Under the pieces are notes generated by a model, which saw only the letters and a program-made list of their open reading frames with translations, did no database searches and was not told the origin of the DNA. The position numbers were made by a program, and so were the translations under genes. This document shows, piece by piece, positions 31,578 through 41,821 of a stretch of 64,000 bases of DNA. This DNA is from a virus: positions 93,226-157,225 of IMG/VR virus record IMGVR_UViG_3300005274_000001. The stretch is one strand, 5' to 3'. Every line of letters begins with the position of its first letter. Position 1 is the stretch's first letter.

Positions 31578-31827
31578 GTTACTAGACCAAGACTTTGAAG
31601 TGGAGGTAGACGATAGGTATCTAATCCTTTACTCAAATGACGATTTTTGCTCTTCTCCAAAGACGCTTAGATTTATTGGTTTTGAAATATATACATTTGA
31701 CAATGTTTTTTGCGGAATAAAAATTAGATTAGAAAAATTGGACGATAGAAAATTAGAATCAATAATTCTTGTTGATGAATATAATTACGAAATAGATTTA
31801 TCTTCATTTGTTTCCAGCTACATATAA
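31564..31827 (+). CDS. Hypothetical protein
   Basis: 87 aa, overlaps the upstream gene. Confidence 0.6.
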   Translation: MVQLKLLDQDFEVEVDDRYLILYSNDDFCSSPKTLRFIGFEIYTFDNVFCGIKIRLEKLDDRKLESIILVDEYNYEIDLSSFVSSYI

Positions 31828-31836
31828 AACAAAAAC

Positions 31837-32742
31837 TTAAAACAGCAATAATCTAACTACTCCTGTTGGAACATTTGCCATATCAGATGATGTATATCTG
31901 TTTCTATATAAAGAAATTATTACATTGCCGCTACTCCAACTTATCCCAGTAACAGCATACTCGTTGTCATGGGAATTAGAGGATGTTCCTTGGTACACAG
32001 ATAAAGATGCGCCAACATTAGTATAAACACCACTTATATTGTTTATTCCCATTCTTGTCAGCGCACCTTCAAGTGGAATAGACAAATAGATATAACCTTC
32101 CCCCATAAAACCTGTATCTATAGAAGAACTACTAATTAACGATATGATTTGTAGATCTAAAACAGAAAGAGAAACAAACATTAGTATTGCTCCTAACTCA
32201 AAATAGGCACTATTTACAACACTAATACCACTACTAACTGTATAACCTACATATTCTGCCGGAGTAAAGTCGATAGGATAATATGGGGTTCTAAATACAC
32301 CAGTTAACCCGACATCTGACAAATAATAAATCGTTCCACCCGATGGAGGGGAAGGAGAATATGTTCCGTCATATACTATATTTACCGCACCTACTGCCGA
32401 CAATTCCAAATTTACTAATCCCCTAACTTTTACTTTTAACCAAACTTCACCCGGAAGAGAGGTGTCGTTTGGAACATAAAATATAATATCTGAGCTATTT
32501 AAATAACCAGAAACGATTCCCCCAATTCCCGGCGAACTACTTAAAGAAAAGATAACATTGACCAGACCTCTGCCCTCAGTAGAAGAATATCCTCCTAAAA
32601 TTCCATTAATTTGTAAGATTCCATTTCCTCTATCAATGGTTGCTAGTTTGTAATATCTAGTTTCTGGTATATTTCCAAAATCCAAATAAACATGCAAATA
32701 TCTCTTATCACCTATTGTTGTATTTGGTAAAAGCTTTGCCAT
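31837..32742 (-). CDS. Putative tail fibre/receptor-binding protein
   Basis: Gly/Ser-rich beta protein directly downstream of the chaperone-bearing fibre gene; SD AAGGAG. Confidence 0.5.
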   Translation of the reverse strand: MAKLLPNTTIGDKRYLHVYLDFGNIPETRYYKLATIDRGNGILQINGILGGYSSTEGRGLVNVIFSLSSSPGIGGIVSGYLNSSDIIFYVPNDTSLPGEVWLKVKVRGLVNLELSAVGAVNIVYDGTYSPSPPSGGTIYYLSDVGLTGVFRTPYYPIDFTPAEYVGYTVSSGISVVNSAYFELGAILMFVSLSVLDLQIISLISSSSIDTGFMGEGYIYLSIPLEGALTRMGINNISGVYTNVGASLSVYQGTSSNSHDNEYAVTGISWSSGNVIISLYRNRYTSSDMANVPTGVVRLLLF

Positions 32743-32744
32743 AT

Positions 32745-33569
32745 TTAAATTTCTCCTTTCAAAAACTCTTCAATCTTTTTTAGTCTATATTCTAATTCAT
32801 CGATTTTCTTTTTCTTCTCTTTTAAAGCTGCAACTAGAAGAGCTACAACAGCATTGTAGTTTAGCTGTAAATAACCATCTTTATCTTTCTTTACCGCTTC
32901 GGGAAAGACTTCTAAAACTTCGTCAGCTATAAGACCAGCACTAGGTTCTTTTTCTTTGGTAAATATGTATCCATTTAGTTTATTTATTTTCTCCACCGCA
33001 CTACTTATTTGTTTAATATCACTCTTTATCCTTATATCTGAAGTTTCGTAAATTGCTCCATTTACATATAAATCGCTCGTTATTCTTGCTGTTCCACTAA
33101 CATCTAGTTTATAGGATGGATTACTAGTTCCAATACCAACATTTCCAGAAATAACAATTAAGTTATCGTTTACCGTTAGATTTCCAGAGCTGATTGTTAA
33201 GTTTCCAGTCATTGTATCACCATCTTTATTTACTGGTGTATAACCAATGTTTGCAATAGCAGCACCAGAAGCAAGTTTTGCAGATGTAATAGCACCATCA
33301 GCAATTTTACTAGTTGTAACAGCACCATCTGAAATCATTGATGTAGTAATGCCGCTGTTGGCAACGCTTAAAGTAACATCTCCAGTTAAAGTGCCGCCAC
33401 CTGTTAGTCCTGAACCAGCAATGACAGAAGGATGTCCAGACAGCCTAGACCAGGGTACAGTACCGCTTAGTAAACTGCCCTTCCAATAAACATTTCCACT
33501 AGGATCGACATTAATTATTCTAGAAATGTTGTTTAGGTCTAAACCTGTGTTAAATTTCTTGATTGCCAT
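32745..33569 (-). CDS. Short tail fibre with C-terminal intramolecular chaperone (peptidase S74) domain
   Basis: AGSGLTGGG, DGAVTTSKIADGAITSAKL repeats, KDGDTMTG, GNVGIGTSNPSYKLDV, then SDIRIK...GLIADEV...PEAV...LNY and a terminal coiled coil. ATG33569 or TTG33575 start. Confidence 0.85.
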   Translation of the reverse strand: MAIKKFNTGLDLNNISRIINVDPSGNVYWKGSLLSGTVPWSRLSGHPSVIAGSGLTGGGTLTGDVTLSVANSGITTSMISDGAVTTSKIADGAITSAKLASGAAIANIGYTPVNKDGDTMTGNLTISSGNLTVNDNLIVISGNVGIGTSNPSYKLDVSGTARITSDLYVNGAIYETSDIRIKSDIKQISSAVEKINKLNGYIFTKEKEPSAGLIADEVLEVFPEAVKKDKDGYLQLNYNAVVALLVAALKEKKKKIDELEYRLKKIEEFLKGEI

Positions 33570-33675
33570 AATCAACTATATTTTACTTAAAAAGTATGAA
33601 GCTTTTATATTGTAGAACAAAAGAAAAACTCTTTTATAGAATTTTTAGTTCAATTAATTGTTTTGAAGATCAATT

Positions 33676-35643
33676 TCATCCAATAATTACTACTCTAAGT
33701 GCATTGTTTCCTGGGGGAGAAGAGGTTCTGATTTCTATAGAATTAGTAGTTGGCCTTCTAATTTCAACTTCTACATCATCGTAGTTACCTGAGTTGTTGT
33801 ATACGCTAACATGTATATCTCTAGTGTTTAAGTTGTGTGTAATTGTATAAACAGTATTTGTAGTATCACCTATAGTAGCCACATATTTCTTTAGATTTGT
33901 AGTATAGTCTGTTTCTAGATTCGTAGTATAGTTTGTTCCTCCTCCGCTATTGCCGCTCTCACTATTACTTTCACCACCTCCTCCACCTCCTCCACCGCCT
34001 CCTTCACTAATTATAAATGCAGAAGCAATTACTGGTCCATTTACTGTTAGGACTCCATTAACATTTGTAATTGTAAGTGATGTTATTCCTGAAACATTCA
34101 AATTTCCTTGTAATTGTGTATTTCCCTTAACTAATAAATCCTTACTAACTGTCAAATAATCTTCAATAACAAACTGGTCTGCACAAAATGTAAACTTTTT
34201 TACGCCGTTTTTGTTGTTTTCTACTTTAAAACAGCCGCTAGAAGAATCGGCAAAAATATCTACATATGTTGCGTTTTCTACATGCGTATTAAAAACTGAC
34301 TTAGAAGAATCTGAAGAAAGTGTTATGTAGGAAAAAGAACTGTGCTTTTTAGCGCCAAAAATTACAGATTGACCATCACTTAAAGCGTTGGCATATGTAA
34401 AATCTGTTCTTTTTAAAGAAGTATCCTTGTTTCCTCTTAAAAATAATCCAAAAGAATAGTCGTTTAAACTTGAAGAAGATTTTTGTAAGTTTTTAAACGA
34501 TTCTTTTTCAGCATTTAGAATTAAAACATGTTGATAATTTTCTTTGTAAAACTGTTCAAACAGCAAAGAAGGATAGGTTGAAATAAATGTTCTGTTAAAA
34601 TTATCGCTTTTTTCCAACAAAATAGAAGAACCGTCATCGTTTCTTATTCTTAACTGACTTTTATTTCCAAAGTTGATCGCTGAAAATTGCTGGTCCTTAC
34701 TTGTCTTTAAAAGCAGAAAAGAATCCTTTTTGTTTATCTTGTAGAGGCCGATTTTATTTCTTCCTAACTTTATTTCCCTAAACTCTTGCGCATAAAATAT
34801 GTCTTCGCCAAGATATCCTTCTGCTTTTGTATTTAAGATTTCATCGTAGGATGTTAGTATTAATTGTTCATCTATTTCTTCTCTTGCTTGAAGAAAAGGA
34901 TACTTATCTGTATCTCCTTCTGTGAATAGAGTTATTTTTTTGTCTAATTTTAACAGTTTGTCTTGCTTATTTTTGGGCGAATATTCATGCGTAAAATCAA
35001 ATACTACATCTGGTCTAAAAGGAAAATTCTCGTCTTTGTTTCTGTCTAATAAGTAATCTTTATAGGTAGGGTTCTCTGACAGGTGAAATATGTATTTCCT
35101 TGAAATTTCGTCTTCATTTTTGTCGTTTAATATGTCCCAAAATTTCTCATCGTAGTTAAAGACATCATAACTTGACCTATAAAGGTCATAAGAAGGAAAT
35201 TCAACAAATCTTTTGTAAAGTGCATCTGGTTCTTTTTTTAGGTAAGAACCAGTATAGGTTAGATTTATAAGAGATGAGTTATAAGATTGACCAAAAGACT
35301 TTTTGTCAGAAAATTGCGGTATTGTTGGTTTGAATATAAACTTTTCGTTTTCTCTGTTTTCTTCTTCGAATTTTTTATTTAGTTTTGCGACAAAAATTGA
35401 ATATCCTGCGCTTAAGCGTTTTACAAGTATGTAATCTCCAGGTTCAACGGGTATTTCGTTTCTGAAGGGGTGAAGTATTGTTATTACCTGTTGAGGTAAG
35501 TCTGTTCTTACTCCTATAAGATAAAAATCTGGTTTTCCTTCCTCTGCTTCTTTATAATCAACAACCCTAGTAACTAATACCGGAAAATAGTCTTCACTTG
35601 AAGTGTATAGAGATAAAGTTTCTTTTGTGAAGTCTATAAGCAT
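33676..35643 (-). CDS. Baseplate central spike/distal tail fibre protein
   Basis: OB-like N-terminus (VTRVVDY...PVEPGDYILV), beta-helix-like repeats (GNTQLQGNLNVSG), a Gly10 linker, then IGDTTNTVYTITHNLNTRDIHVSVY, a fibre-tip-type motif. Confidence 0.6.
   Translation of the reverse strand: MLIDFTKETLSLYTSSEDYFPVLVTRVVDYKEAEEGKPDFYLIGVRTDLPQQVITILHPFRNEIPVEPGDYILVKRLSAGYSIFVAKLNKKFEEENRENEKFIFKPTIPQFSDKKSFGQSYNSSLINLTYTGSYLKKEPDALYKRFVEFPSYDLYRSSYDVFNYDEKFWDILNDKNEDEISRKYIFHLSENPTYKDYLLDRNKDENFPFRPDVVFDFTHEYSPKNKQDKLLKLDKKITLFTEGDTDKYPFLQAREEIDEQLILTSYDEILNTKAEGYLGEDIFYAQEFREIKLGRNKIGLYKINKKDSFLLLKTSKDQQFSAINFGNKSQLRIRNDDGSSILLEKSDNFNRTFISTYPSLLFEQFYKENYQHVLILNAEKESFKNLQKSSSSLNDYSFGLFLRGNKDTSLKRTDFTYANALSDGQSVIFGAKKHSSFSYITLSSDSSKSVFNTHVENATYVDIFADSSSGCFKVENNKNGVKKFTFCADQFVIEDYLTVSKDLLVKGNTQLQGNLNVSGITSLTITNVNGVLTVNGPVIASAFIISEGGGGGGGGGGESNSESGNSGGGTNYTTNLETDYTTNLKKYVATIGDTTNTVYTITHNLNTRDIHVSVYNNSGNYDDVEVEIRRPTTNSIEIRTSSPPGNNALRVVIIG
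33893..34002 (-). repeat. Gly10 linker plus YTTNL tandem duplication
   Basis: (GGN)10 at 33973-34002; actatactac(g/a)aatcta occurs twice at about 33893-33931. Confidence 0.8.
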
Positions 35644-35645
35644 AA

Positions 35646-38291
35646 TCAGTTAAAAGCTTCCTCAGAAGTAACTATTGAATTTCCTATTAGGGAGAACGGA
35701 GTTACTGCTACTCTAGGAGCATAAATTATTATAGCGTCTTTATTTTTGATTTTCACTTTTTTTGTGTTTGCTGCGAGGTTTTCTCCTATGTTCATGTCAA
35801 CGATATAAACATCGTGAATGTAGTCCTTTGATTTTACTCCAATACCATAAATATACGGTTTATAAATTTTGTAGGTTTGCGCTTTCCCATCAAAAGATAG
35901 AAGTACATCGTGTATAGTTCTATAAAGCTCTTTTGGAGAATTTAGTTGTGGTATTACATATTTATCTCTCGCCTTTAATTCATAAATTACTGGAACTACT
36001 TCTCTTGAAGATTTGTCGTAAATAAACATTCTTACATCTCCAATGCCCCCATGCTCATCTTTTATATAAAGAATGTATTTGTTGTTACCAACTTCATATG
36101 CTTTATACTTTATTTCTTGTGCTTCTAGTCTTCTTTTTACTGAAAAAGTTGAATATTCTTTGTTACTATATCTGTCATTCAAGTAGTATTCTAAAATTTT
36201 TAAAAATACTTTTTCAAACGCTCCTCCTTTATATTTCATCCATCCATAAGAGCTTGAAGACAGTCTATTTAATTCATCCATTATTGATGAGGAAGTCATG
36301 TATAAAGAATAGGTATCTCTATAAAAGTTTTCAATTAGTCCACTACCTAACAACGCATTTGTAACATCCTTATCTGTTAACAGACCACTAAAAAACTTAT
36401 CTACTAAATTAAAACTTATCTCAGCTATTTTATAAAGGTGTTCAAAGTCATCTATATCCTTTGGCGCTAAATTATCCGCCCCAGAAAAAAGTTCCTTGGG
36501 GCTTTTTTCTCTTACTGTAAAGTTAAAAACAGGACCACTTTTATCTCTGTTATATTCATAATCAATTAGGGAAAGATATCTTAAGGATGCCGAAAGTAAG
36601 TTTCTTCGTGAAATGTAAAAACTGTTAGGCCCTACCTGAAAAATTTCTTCATCAATTAGTCTTTGTTCATCTTTGGGAAATAACAGTTTTAATCCAAACA
36701 AGTCCTTAATTAACTTATCTATTTCCTGGAAGGAATGTTCACCTTCAAAAATCTTTGGATACAATTGTTTCAAAAATAGGAAATCTAGAAAAGACAATCC
36801 AAGTGCAGGTGGTCTTGATATCATATCATACAATATTGAGCTTATACTCTCTTTTACTAGAGATCTGAAGTTTAAAGAGTCTACAATGTTTGACAATTTT
36901 TTAGCTCTTGTCCTTGTTTTTTCTAAAAACTTTTTGTATTCATCAAGTTTATCAATTTCGTTTGCGTCAAAAACCAAGAAATGAACAACTACAAACGCAG
37001 ATTCAAAACCGTGAGAAAACGGTATGTAAACAAAAGTCTTTTCTATGTTTTTTGTTTCTGCTTTTTCATTTGAATATATCCTTGCTTTTATTGAAAATTC
37101 ATCAGATATTTTATCGTGATTCAAAGTTCTCAATATAGGCAAAAAATAGTTTTGTTGTCCTTTATACTTATAGTCAGTTTTTGGAATGTATAGATTTTCC
37201 TTTCCTGGAAAGTATTTAGATACTTCAACAACAACAGAAGTTCCGTTCTCTAGTTCATAGTTAAAAACTCCGTTTCCGGCATATACGGAGCTTTTAACTC
37301 TCTCCTCTAGTCCTAGATCTTTCCTAACCAACCTGAACAGAAATTCTGGATATGAAATAAAGAATGCAAACATTCCTTCATCAACAAATTCTCCATGTAT
37401 AGGAACAGATATAAAATGACCTTCCCTAGAGTGAAGGATTTTTTGAATTTGACTCAACAAAAGCTCTGTCGGTAACTGGTATTTCTTCTTTTTTTGTAAA
37501 TCCTTCTCCTTTAGGAATTCTTCTGAAATTTTGTACAACTCATAAAACATCGATATTGCTCTTCTTGAAAATTCAAATTGCCTTAACGCATCATATAGGT
37601 CATACAAAAACCTTCCAGTAAAATCATCTTCAACTTTTCGTTTTTCTAAAGCATCTTTAAATCGTTTATATATAGAATTTCCGTTTGATATTTGCTTCAA
37701 CAAGTTGGGTAAGTTTACACCAGAAGACAAAGATTTCTTTAAATCTCCCTTTAGATAAACAAGTGATAAAGTTGTTTCCAAATAATCTATTAGGCTTTGG
37801 GCTGAATTTAAAAACTTTTCTTCTTTTTCATCCAAATTTGTCCTACCTTTAAACTCTAAAACTGCTTTCTCTACAGATTTTTTAAGGTTTTCAATTGAAT
37901 GTTCTAAAAATTCTATACTTGACTCCCACAAATCTTCTATATTTACTTCAGTTTTATTTTCTAAAAATGAAGAAAGCTTTAACGCAGATTGAATCGTTTC
38001 TAACTCATATTTAATCTGAGCATCTATTTGTTTTTTTGCTTGTGTTTTTGGTGTGTTTTTTTGAACGGTACTTTGTTGGGGCATTGGAGAAAGAGGCACA
38101 TTTTGTGTTGTAAAAGAAATATCTACCAACTCCCAATCTTCATCTAACAAAACGCCTCTCCAACCAGGAGAAGATTCTGGAGGAAAAAACATTCCTGTAG
38201 GTTTATGGAGCAAAATATAGCCTGGTGGAACCTTTTTAACCACCTGTTTTCCATCTTCTCTTATTTTTATAAATTCATTAGAGTTCTCCAT
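35646..38291 (-). CDS. Large head-module protein (881 aa) with possible C-terminal PD-(D/E)XK-like domain
   Basis: Overlaps the portal 3' end. C-terminal GGAFEK...GIGDV...IYELK spacing resembles restriction-endonuclease-like folds. Confidence 0.5.
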   Translation of the reverse strand: MENSNEFIKIREDGKQVVKKVPPGYILLHKPTGMFFPPESSPGWRGVLLDEDWELVDISFTTQNVPLSPMPQQSTVQKNTPKTQAKKQIDAQIKYELETIQSALKLSSFLENKTEVNIEDLWESSIEFLEHSIENLKKSVEKAVLEFKGRTNLDEKEEKFLNSAQSLIDYLETTLSLVYLKGDLKKSLSSGVNLPNLLKQISNGNSIYKRFKDALEKRKVEDDFTGRFLYDLYDALRQFEFSRRAISMFYELYKISEEFLKEKDLQKKKKYQLPTELLLSQIQKILHSREGHFISVPIHGEFVDEGMFAFFISYPEFLFRLVRKDLGLEERVKSSVYAGNGVFNYELENGTSVVVEVSKYFPGKENLYIPKTDYKYKGQQNYFLPILRTLNHDKISDEFSIKARIYSNEKAETKNIEKTFVYIPFSHGFESAFVVVHFLVFDANEIDKLDEYKKFLEKTRTRAKKLSNIVDSLNFRSLVKESISSILYDMISRPPALGLSFLDFLFLKQLYPKIFEGEHSFQEIDKLIKDLFGLKLLFPKDEQRLIDEEIFQVGPNSFYISRRNLLSASLRYLSLIDYEYNRDKSGPVFNFTVREKSPKELFSGADNLAPKDIDDFEHLYKIAEISFNLVDKFFSGLLTDKDVTNALLGSGLIENFYRDTYSLYMTSSSIMDELNRLSSSSYGWMKYKGGAFEKVFLKILEYYLNDRYSNKEYSTFSVKRRLEAQEIKYKAYEVGNNKYILYIKDEHGGIGDVRMFIYDKSSREVVPVIYELKARDKYVIPQLNSPKELYRTIHDVLLSFDGKAQTYKIYKPYIYGIGVKSKDYIHDVYIVDMNIGENLAANTKKVKIKNKDAIIIYAPRVAVTPFSLIGNSIVTSEEAFN

Positions 38292-41136
38292 ACTTTTTCT
38301 TGATAAACTCTTTTACATAATCTTTTGCTTCTTGCCTTTCTAGTTGTTCACCTAGAAGGGCCTTAGAAACAAAGTTCTTCATAAATATATTATCAACTTC
38401 TTCAGATATACTTTCCACTAAATTCATATAATCATCAAAGTTTTCTGCTACAAAAACAAAGTTTATGTTCTTATTTTGACCGAAAGAGGAAATTAGCGAA
38501 CCAATAGTACCAAGTAGACGAATTTTTTCGAATTCGCAATCAATGCTAATTGTGTCAATAAAGTATGAAAGTGATGCAATTACTTCTCTAATTTTATCGT
38601 AGCTAAAGCTCAGCAACCAATGAAGCCTATCGTTAGTTTCAAAATTTTCTACCTGCATACCCAATAGTGCTTCTAAAACGCCTCTACAGGAAGTAATCAA
38701 ATTATTAATCTTATCTACACCAATTTCTTCCATCAAAGAAAATAGAAGGAACAGAGAATAAGGAGCAACTTTATAGCTGTCAATAAGATTAGACAGTTCT
38801 CCTTCCACAAAAAACTTTTTCTTGAGTAGATTTACAAGATTTTCCAGTTCTTCGTATGGAGTTACTAGTAATTTCTCTACATCATCCAAGTAATCAAAGC
38901 TGTCATAATTTTTCTTCTTTATAAAATCGCTAAGTTGAGAATATCTCAATAAGTCGACATCCTTAAAGTTCTTAAATTCTAGCCAATCAAAAACAATTTC
39001 TAGTTTTGTTGGCTTTTGTGGTGTATAGCTTAATAGCTCATCTAATCTTGTGAACTTATCTTCCGAAATTATCGGAGAACAAACTGATAAATTTACAAAC
39101 ACATATCTCTTATCTTTATCTGAATAAAATTCTACCTTTGGTACAGTATGACAATCAAAGTGTGTAGCTATCAGTCCAAAAGTTTCTCTGTGGTCTAAAG
39201 AGTTTTTTCCTAATAATCTGATAACTACATCTCTTTCTGTCGTATAAATAGTTTCGTCTTCCACCAAAGAGTTATATTTGAAGCTCAACATATCTTTTGC
39301 GCTTACTTCTATGTCTGCTTCATTATTGCTTTCTATAAACTCGCTTACCGAATCTAAGCCAACAGATTTCAAAACTCTTGTAAGTATCTCCTTTTCTCTC
39401 AAATAGTTATCATCATTAGTTAGTTCTATTACTTGTCTTAAGTTTTCTGAAACATTTGTATTAGCATCTAAAGACTTAAACAGGTTTCTAAGAACTTCTA
39501 ATCCTGCATTTTTTTGTTCAGAAGCACCTTCTGCTTCTCCTACTCCACCCCCTCCTTGCTGAGGAGGTTGTGCACCCATTACTTGTGCAAGCTGGGGAGG
39601 AACAGCACCCTGTGGTACAGCACCTTGTTGTGCCTTAACTTGTTCATCTTCAGGCTTCCAATTTCTCAGACCCGAAAAGGGTACATCTCCCCAAGGTACA
39701 GGTTCCAAACCTTTTTCCATTCTTGCTTCATTTATTGACCTAAATCCTGTATTTAATTGTCCCTGAATTATGTTCCACCAATCTCTCTCTTTTTCTAAGT
39801 CATCTTCTTTAAACCACAATTTTATATCCTTTTCTTCCCTAAATTCACTAATTACTTCGTCAAAACCTTTAGAAATGGTAGCCATCAGAGGTTCTAAACC
39901 TTTTGCCTTAGTTAAAGAAGCCATTACCTCTGCTGTTGCCTTATTTGAACCCTCAAGAATTCCAACATCTTGAGGAGATACTTGATATACAGCACAAATT
40001 TTTCTAGCAACAAATTCTGCAAGTTCCTTAAACTGCATATCCCTTCTTTTTCCTTTAAAGTCTATCCAGGTAAATTTCCCACCAGAAAGAATAGGAACTT
40101 GCGTGTAATCGCCCATCATTATTGCTTGAAGTTGTCTTTGTATAGATTCTAGTTGTTCTCTAGAAAGTTGAGGATATATATCACCTTCCTTATAGGAAGG
40201 AGGCTCGATAGCTAAAATTCCCTCTGGTATGCTTCCACCCTTTCTGTAATAATCTAGGTTTCCTTTGTCTATAAAGATATCTGAAAGAATTACCTTGTAA
40301 AGAATTTCGATTGGCGGCAAAGAATAACCATACATATAAACATCTGGTGTTAAATTTTGCCTGAAAAGAATAACATCTTTCTTATCAAAATAAGCAACAA
40401 TAGATCCGTCTACCTCTTGAACATAACCAGCTACAGTACCTGTGTTTTCACTTAAAATCGGCTTTATTGTAGTTCCATCAACTGGTGTTATAGCTACCAA
40501 ATTGCCTTGCTCATCTCTAATTTTTACTATTGCTCCTCTATCTATCGTCAAAATATCGTCTAATACCATTCCAAGAATATATTCCCAACTATTTACTTCA
40601 GAAAAGTAAGGATCCGGTCTTTCTAAAAATTCCAAGATATTTCTAGCATCTCTTATTCTTTTTAGATAGTAGTTTACATGCTTATCTTCTATGTGTTTGT
40701 ATATTTCTAGTTCTCTGCTGGTAAGTTTTTTAGGTATTTCGCTTACTTTGATAAGTTTGTTGTCGTTGTTAAAACGATATTTTCTAAAAAGATTTATTAG
40801 AAAGAACGCATCTGGATCGCTGATTGAAGGAAGGTACATCAAGCTCTCTGGTGAATACTCAAATAGGTTAAACTTAAAAGGAGGTTCCTGGTGATTGTAA
40901 GGAACAATAATCTTTTCCTTTTTTAATACCTGATTTTTCCTAAAGATGATAATCGAATAAACGACTGTACTATTCCAGGCTAACGCTCTATATGTAAGTA
41001 ATGGTTTAAATCCAGGATAATCTTTTCCTCTAGAAAGAGAATCTACATTAGCCTTTATCGTTGAACTAAAGCTTGGCCTTCTTTGTTCGTTTGCGTTTAC
41101 TATAAATCCTTTAATAATGCTTTCTAGGCTTTTCAT
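38278..41136 (-). CDS. Portal protein with about 400 aa C-terminal extension
   Basis: RDEQGNLVAITPVDGTTI, YGYSLPPIE, GSIPEGIL, DMQFKE, ICAVYQVSPQDVG, SINEARMEKGLEPVPWGD (HK97-type portal motifs), then a Q/G/P linker. Confidence 0.92.
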   Translation of the reverse strand: MKSLESIIKGFIVNANEQRRPSFSSTIKANVDSLSRGKDYPGFKPLLTYRALAWNSTVVYSIIIFRKNQVLKKEKIIVPYNHQEPPFKFNLFEYSPESLMYLPSISDPDAFFLINLFRKYRFNNDNKLIKVSEIPKKLTSRELEIYKHIEDKHVNYYLKRIRDARNILEFLERPDPYFSEVNSWEYILGMVLDDILTIDRGAIVKIRDEQGNLVAITPVDGTTIKPILSENTGTVAGYVQEVDGSIVAYFDKKDVILFRQNLTPDVYMYGYSLPPIEILYKVILSDIFIDKGNLDYYRKGGSIPEGILAIEPPSYKEGDIYPQLSREQLESIQRQLQAIMMGDYTQVPILSGGKFTWIDFKGKRRDMQFKELAEFVARKICAVYQVSPQDVGILEGSNKATAEVMASLTKAKGLEPLMATISKGFDEVISEFREEKDIKLWFKEDDLEKERDWWNIIQGQLNTGFRSINEARMEKGLEPVPWGDVPFSGLRNWKPEDEQVKAQQGAVPQGAVPPQLAQVMGAQPPQQGGGGVGEAEGASEQKNAGLEVLRNLFKSLDANTNVSENLRQVIELTNDDNYLREKEILTRVLKSVGLDSVSEFIESNNEADIEVSAKDMLSFKYNSLVEDETIYTTERDVVIRLLGKNSLDHRETFGLIATHFDCHTVPKVEFYSDKDKRYVFVNLSVCSPIISEDKFTRLDELLSYTPQKPTKLEIVFDWLEFKNFKDVDLLRYSQLSDFIKKKNYDSFDYLDDVEKLLVTPYEELENLVNLLKKKFFVEGELSNLIDSYKVAPYSLFLLFSLMEEIGVDKINNLITSCRGVLEALLGMQVENFETNDRLHWLLSFSYDKIREVIASLSYFIDTISIDCEFEKIRLLGTIGSLISSFGQNKNINFVFVAENFDDYMNLVESISEEVDNIFMKNFVSKALLGEQLERQEAKDYVKEFIKKKYGEL

Positions 41137-41137
41137 A

Positions 41138-41794
41138 TTAATCTCCTAAGACAGCTATTCCAGATATATGTATGAAGGGAATCTCACTTCTAAAAACCTC
41201 ATTAATATATTTTACGAAAAGTCTGTCTTCTAGTATCCTTTTTACTTGTGGATTGCTCTTTTTGTTTTTTATTGAAACAAAAATCTCCATAGTGTTACTT
41301 GCATTTACTATATAATCCCCATCAAAAACTCCATTTTCCATGTCTAAGATATTTATTTCCACCTCTGAAAATTTAGAAACACAAAACTCATCATCGTAAT
41401 ATTTTTCTAAGCAAAGTTTTAAAAAGGCATCAAAAAGTATATAATTTATCAGCCCACTTCTTGTCGTGTTTTTCTTAAAAAACCCTTCATAGTAATATGG
41501 AGAAGACACTTTGAGATTAAACGATTTTGAAAGGTCTGATACCCTTGTAGAATCGAAGTAGTTTCCAGAATTTGTGTAGTTATTAAATTTTATTTTTTCT
41601 TTAAACTTAGAAAAATTTTCTTCTTTAACAAAGAAAACTCTTGACTTAACAAGGATATAAAGCGAAATATACAAAGAGTATATAGATTGCGCAAACAAAA
41701 AAAGTAATTTTCTGAGATTTTTAAATCTCTTTGTTTTTGAATAGTCTGATTCTTGGTAATTGTTAAAGGTTATTTCTACTTTGAGTCTTTCCAC
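41138..41794 (-). CDS. Hypothetical protein
   Basis: 218 aa; TAAAAT-7 nt-GTG; heads the portal operon. Confidence 0.7.
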   Translation of the reverse strand: MERLKVEITFNNYQESDYSKTKRFKNLRKLLFLFAQSIYSLYISLYILVKSRVFFVKEENFSKFKEKIKFNNYTNSGNYFDSTRVSDLSKSFNLKVSSPYYYEGFFKKNTTRSGLINYILFDAFLKLCLEKYYDDEFCVSKFSEVEINILDMENGVFDGDYIVNASNTMEIFVSIKNKKSNPQVKRILEDRLFVKYINEVFRSEIPFIHISGIAVLGD

Positions 41795-41821
41795 TAAAAT
41801 TATTTTAACAGAACAAACCGT

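Noticed and set aside
31837-35643. Diversity-generating retroelement or invertase shufflon acting on the fibre genes
   Set aside because: No reverse transcriptase, recombinase, template/variable repeat pair or inverted crossover sites seen in this window.
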